In this document: positions 62,828 to 64,000 of the stretch, piece after piece
Layout of the letters: each line of letters begins with the position of its first letter
How positions within the stretch are numbered: the first letter of the stretch is position 1
Assembly: GCF_001194135.2 (NCBI RefSeq)
Contig: NC_068987.1
Coordinates: 104,454,833 to 104,518,832 of the forward strand
Source: Octopus bimaculoides
Lineage: Eukaryota
Reading direction: 5' to 3'
DNA length: 64,000 nt
Notes under the pieces: generated by a model
What the model saw: the letters and a program-made list of their open reading frames with translations, nothing else
Databases searched by the model: none
Told to the model about the DNA's origin: nothing
Made by a program: the position numbers and the translations under genes

Positions 62828-62989
62828 AGCGCAGGAGTGGCTGTGTGGTAAGTAGCTTGCTTACCAACCACATGGTTTCGGATTCAGTCCCACTGCGTGG
62901 CACCTTGGGCAAATGTCTTCTATTATAGCCTCGGGCCGACCAAAGCCTTGTGAGTGGATTTGGTAGACGGAAACTGAAAGAAGCCCGTC

Positions 62990-63048
<59 letters not shown>

Positions 63049-63254
63049 TGTATGTGTGTGTTTGTGTGTCTGTTTGTCCCCCCAGCATTGCTTGACAACC
63101 GATGCTGGTGTATTTACGTCCCCGTAACTTAGCAGTTCGGCAAAAAGAGACCGATAGAATAAGTCCTGGGGTCGAATTGCTCGACTAAAAGCGGTGCTCC
63201 AGCATGGCCGCAGTCAAATGACTGAAACAAGTAAAAGAGTAAAAGAGAAAAGAG
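62828..63254 (+). mobile_element. tRNA-derived SINE family B, full length, internal (TA)n
   Basis: A box TGGCTGTGTGG, B box GGATTCAGTCC, internal microsatellite at about 62991-63060, and a (GTAAAAGA)n tail. Confidence 0.93.
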
Positions 63255-63420
63255 TATATGAAGTGCAATGAGAATGACAAAGTTTATGATTTACAATAAT
63301 TCAGTATTGGGGAAAATATCGATAGTCTAATGGCCAATATTATACTTGAAGATCTCCTTGATGAACTTCATCTTGGAACTGTTTCAACTTTTGGCTCAAG
63401 ATCTGCAGTTTCAGGAGGAG

Positions 63421-63592
63421 CGAGTAGATCGATTACATCGACCCACTTCTTGACTGGTATTGTTTTTTTATCGACATGGAAAGATTGAAAGGCAAAGTTG
63501 ACCTCACCAGGTTTGAACCCAGAATGTAAAATACTGGAAGAACTGCCGCGAAGCATTTGTTCTATGTGCTAACGATTTTGACGGCTCACCGC
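63421..63592 (-). mobile_element. SINE family A, diverged
   Basis: GATCGATTACATCGACCC...GAAAGGCAAAGTTGACC...GCTAACGATT. Confidence 0.7.
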
Positions 63593-64000
63593 GTCTAAGC
63601 ATTTACCTGTGAAATCAACATGTCTGTTACACTTGTTGTTTTACTTGTTGATAATGTTGATGATATTGATGTTGGGCAACCACTGTCAACTCTATCTATG
63701 ACACGTCAGTAAATGATGAAACAGCTAGAGTATAAACCACAGAACCAGAGTTCCAGATATATCATGCCACCAGATATTCTAACATGCTGTAAATTACTGT
63801 ATTTGACGCGGGTCGGCAGTCATGATATGTTGCATATCTTGTAGTGTGCAGGATGCTCCAGCATACTTGTTATCGATGTTGCTTTATTTCAGGATATTCC
63901 TATAGGAGCAGACTGATGACAAAAAGTTATTCAACTGTGACCACTTTGTTTATCTATACGATGAAAAGTTCATGGTTTTGGGATCAGTTAATTATGATTT

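Overview
This is a 64-kb window of AT-rich, microsatellite-dense animal DNA with 18 N-gaps. It most likely comes from a coleoid cephalopod (Octopus-like; inferred from repeat families, not verified). One host gene is supported: the ParaHox homeobox gene Gsx on the + strand, with an N-terminal MSRSFLVDSLI motif at 26539 and a homeodomain at 33827-34006. Joining the obvious exons by eye exposed a further 69-nt, phase 1-1, stop-free exon (30209-30277) that the ORF track misses. It gives a 330-aa protein if included and 307 aa if skipped. No Xlox/Pdx or Cdx homeobox is visible. The rest is mostly repeats: about 30 tRNA-derived SINE copies (working labels A-D, mine), which are absent from about 15 kb around Gsx; RTE, R4/Dong, Tx1-like, Jockey/I-like and Penelope-like retroelement remnants; mariner/maT remnants; and a possible Helitron end. 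At 48.5-54.8 kb, R4/Dong and Tx1-like fragments are stacked on (TAA)n arrays, next to a Penelope-type minimal hammerhead ribozyme motif. Repeat boundaries are approximate, and family assignments come from recalled motifs, not database searches.
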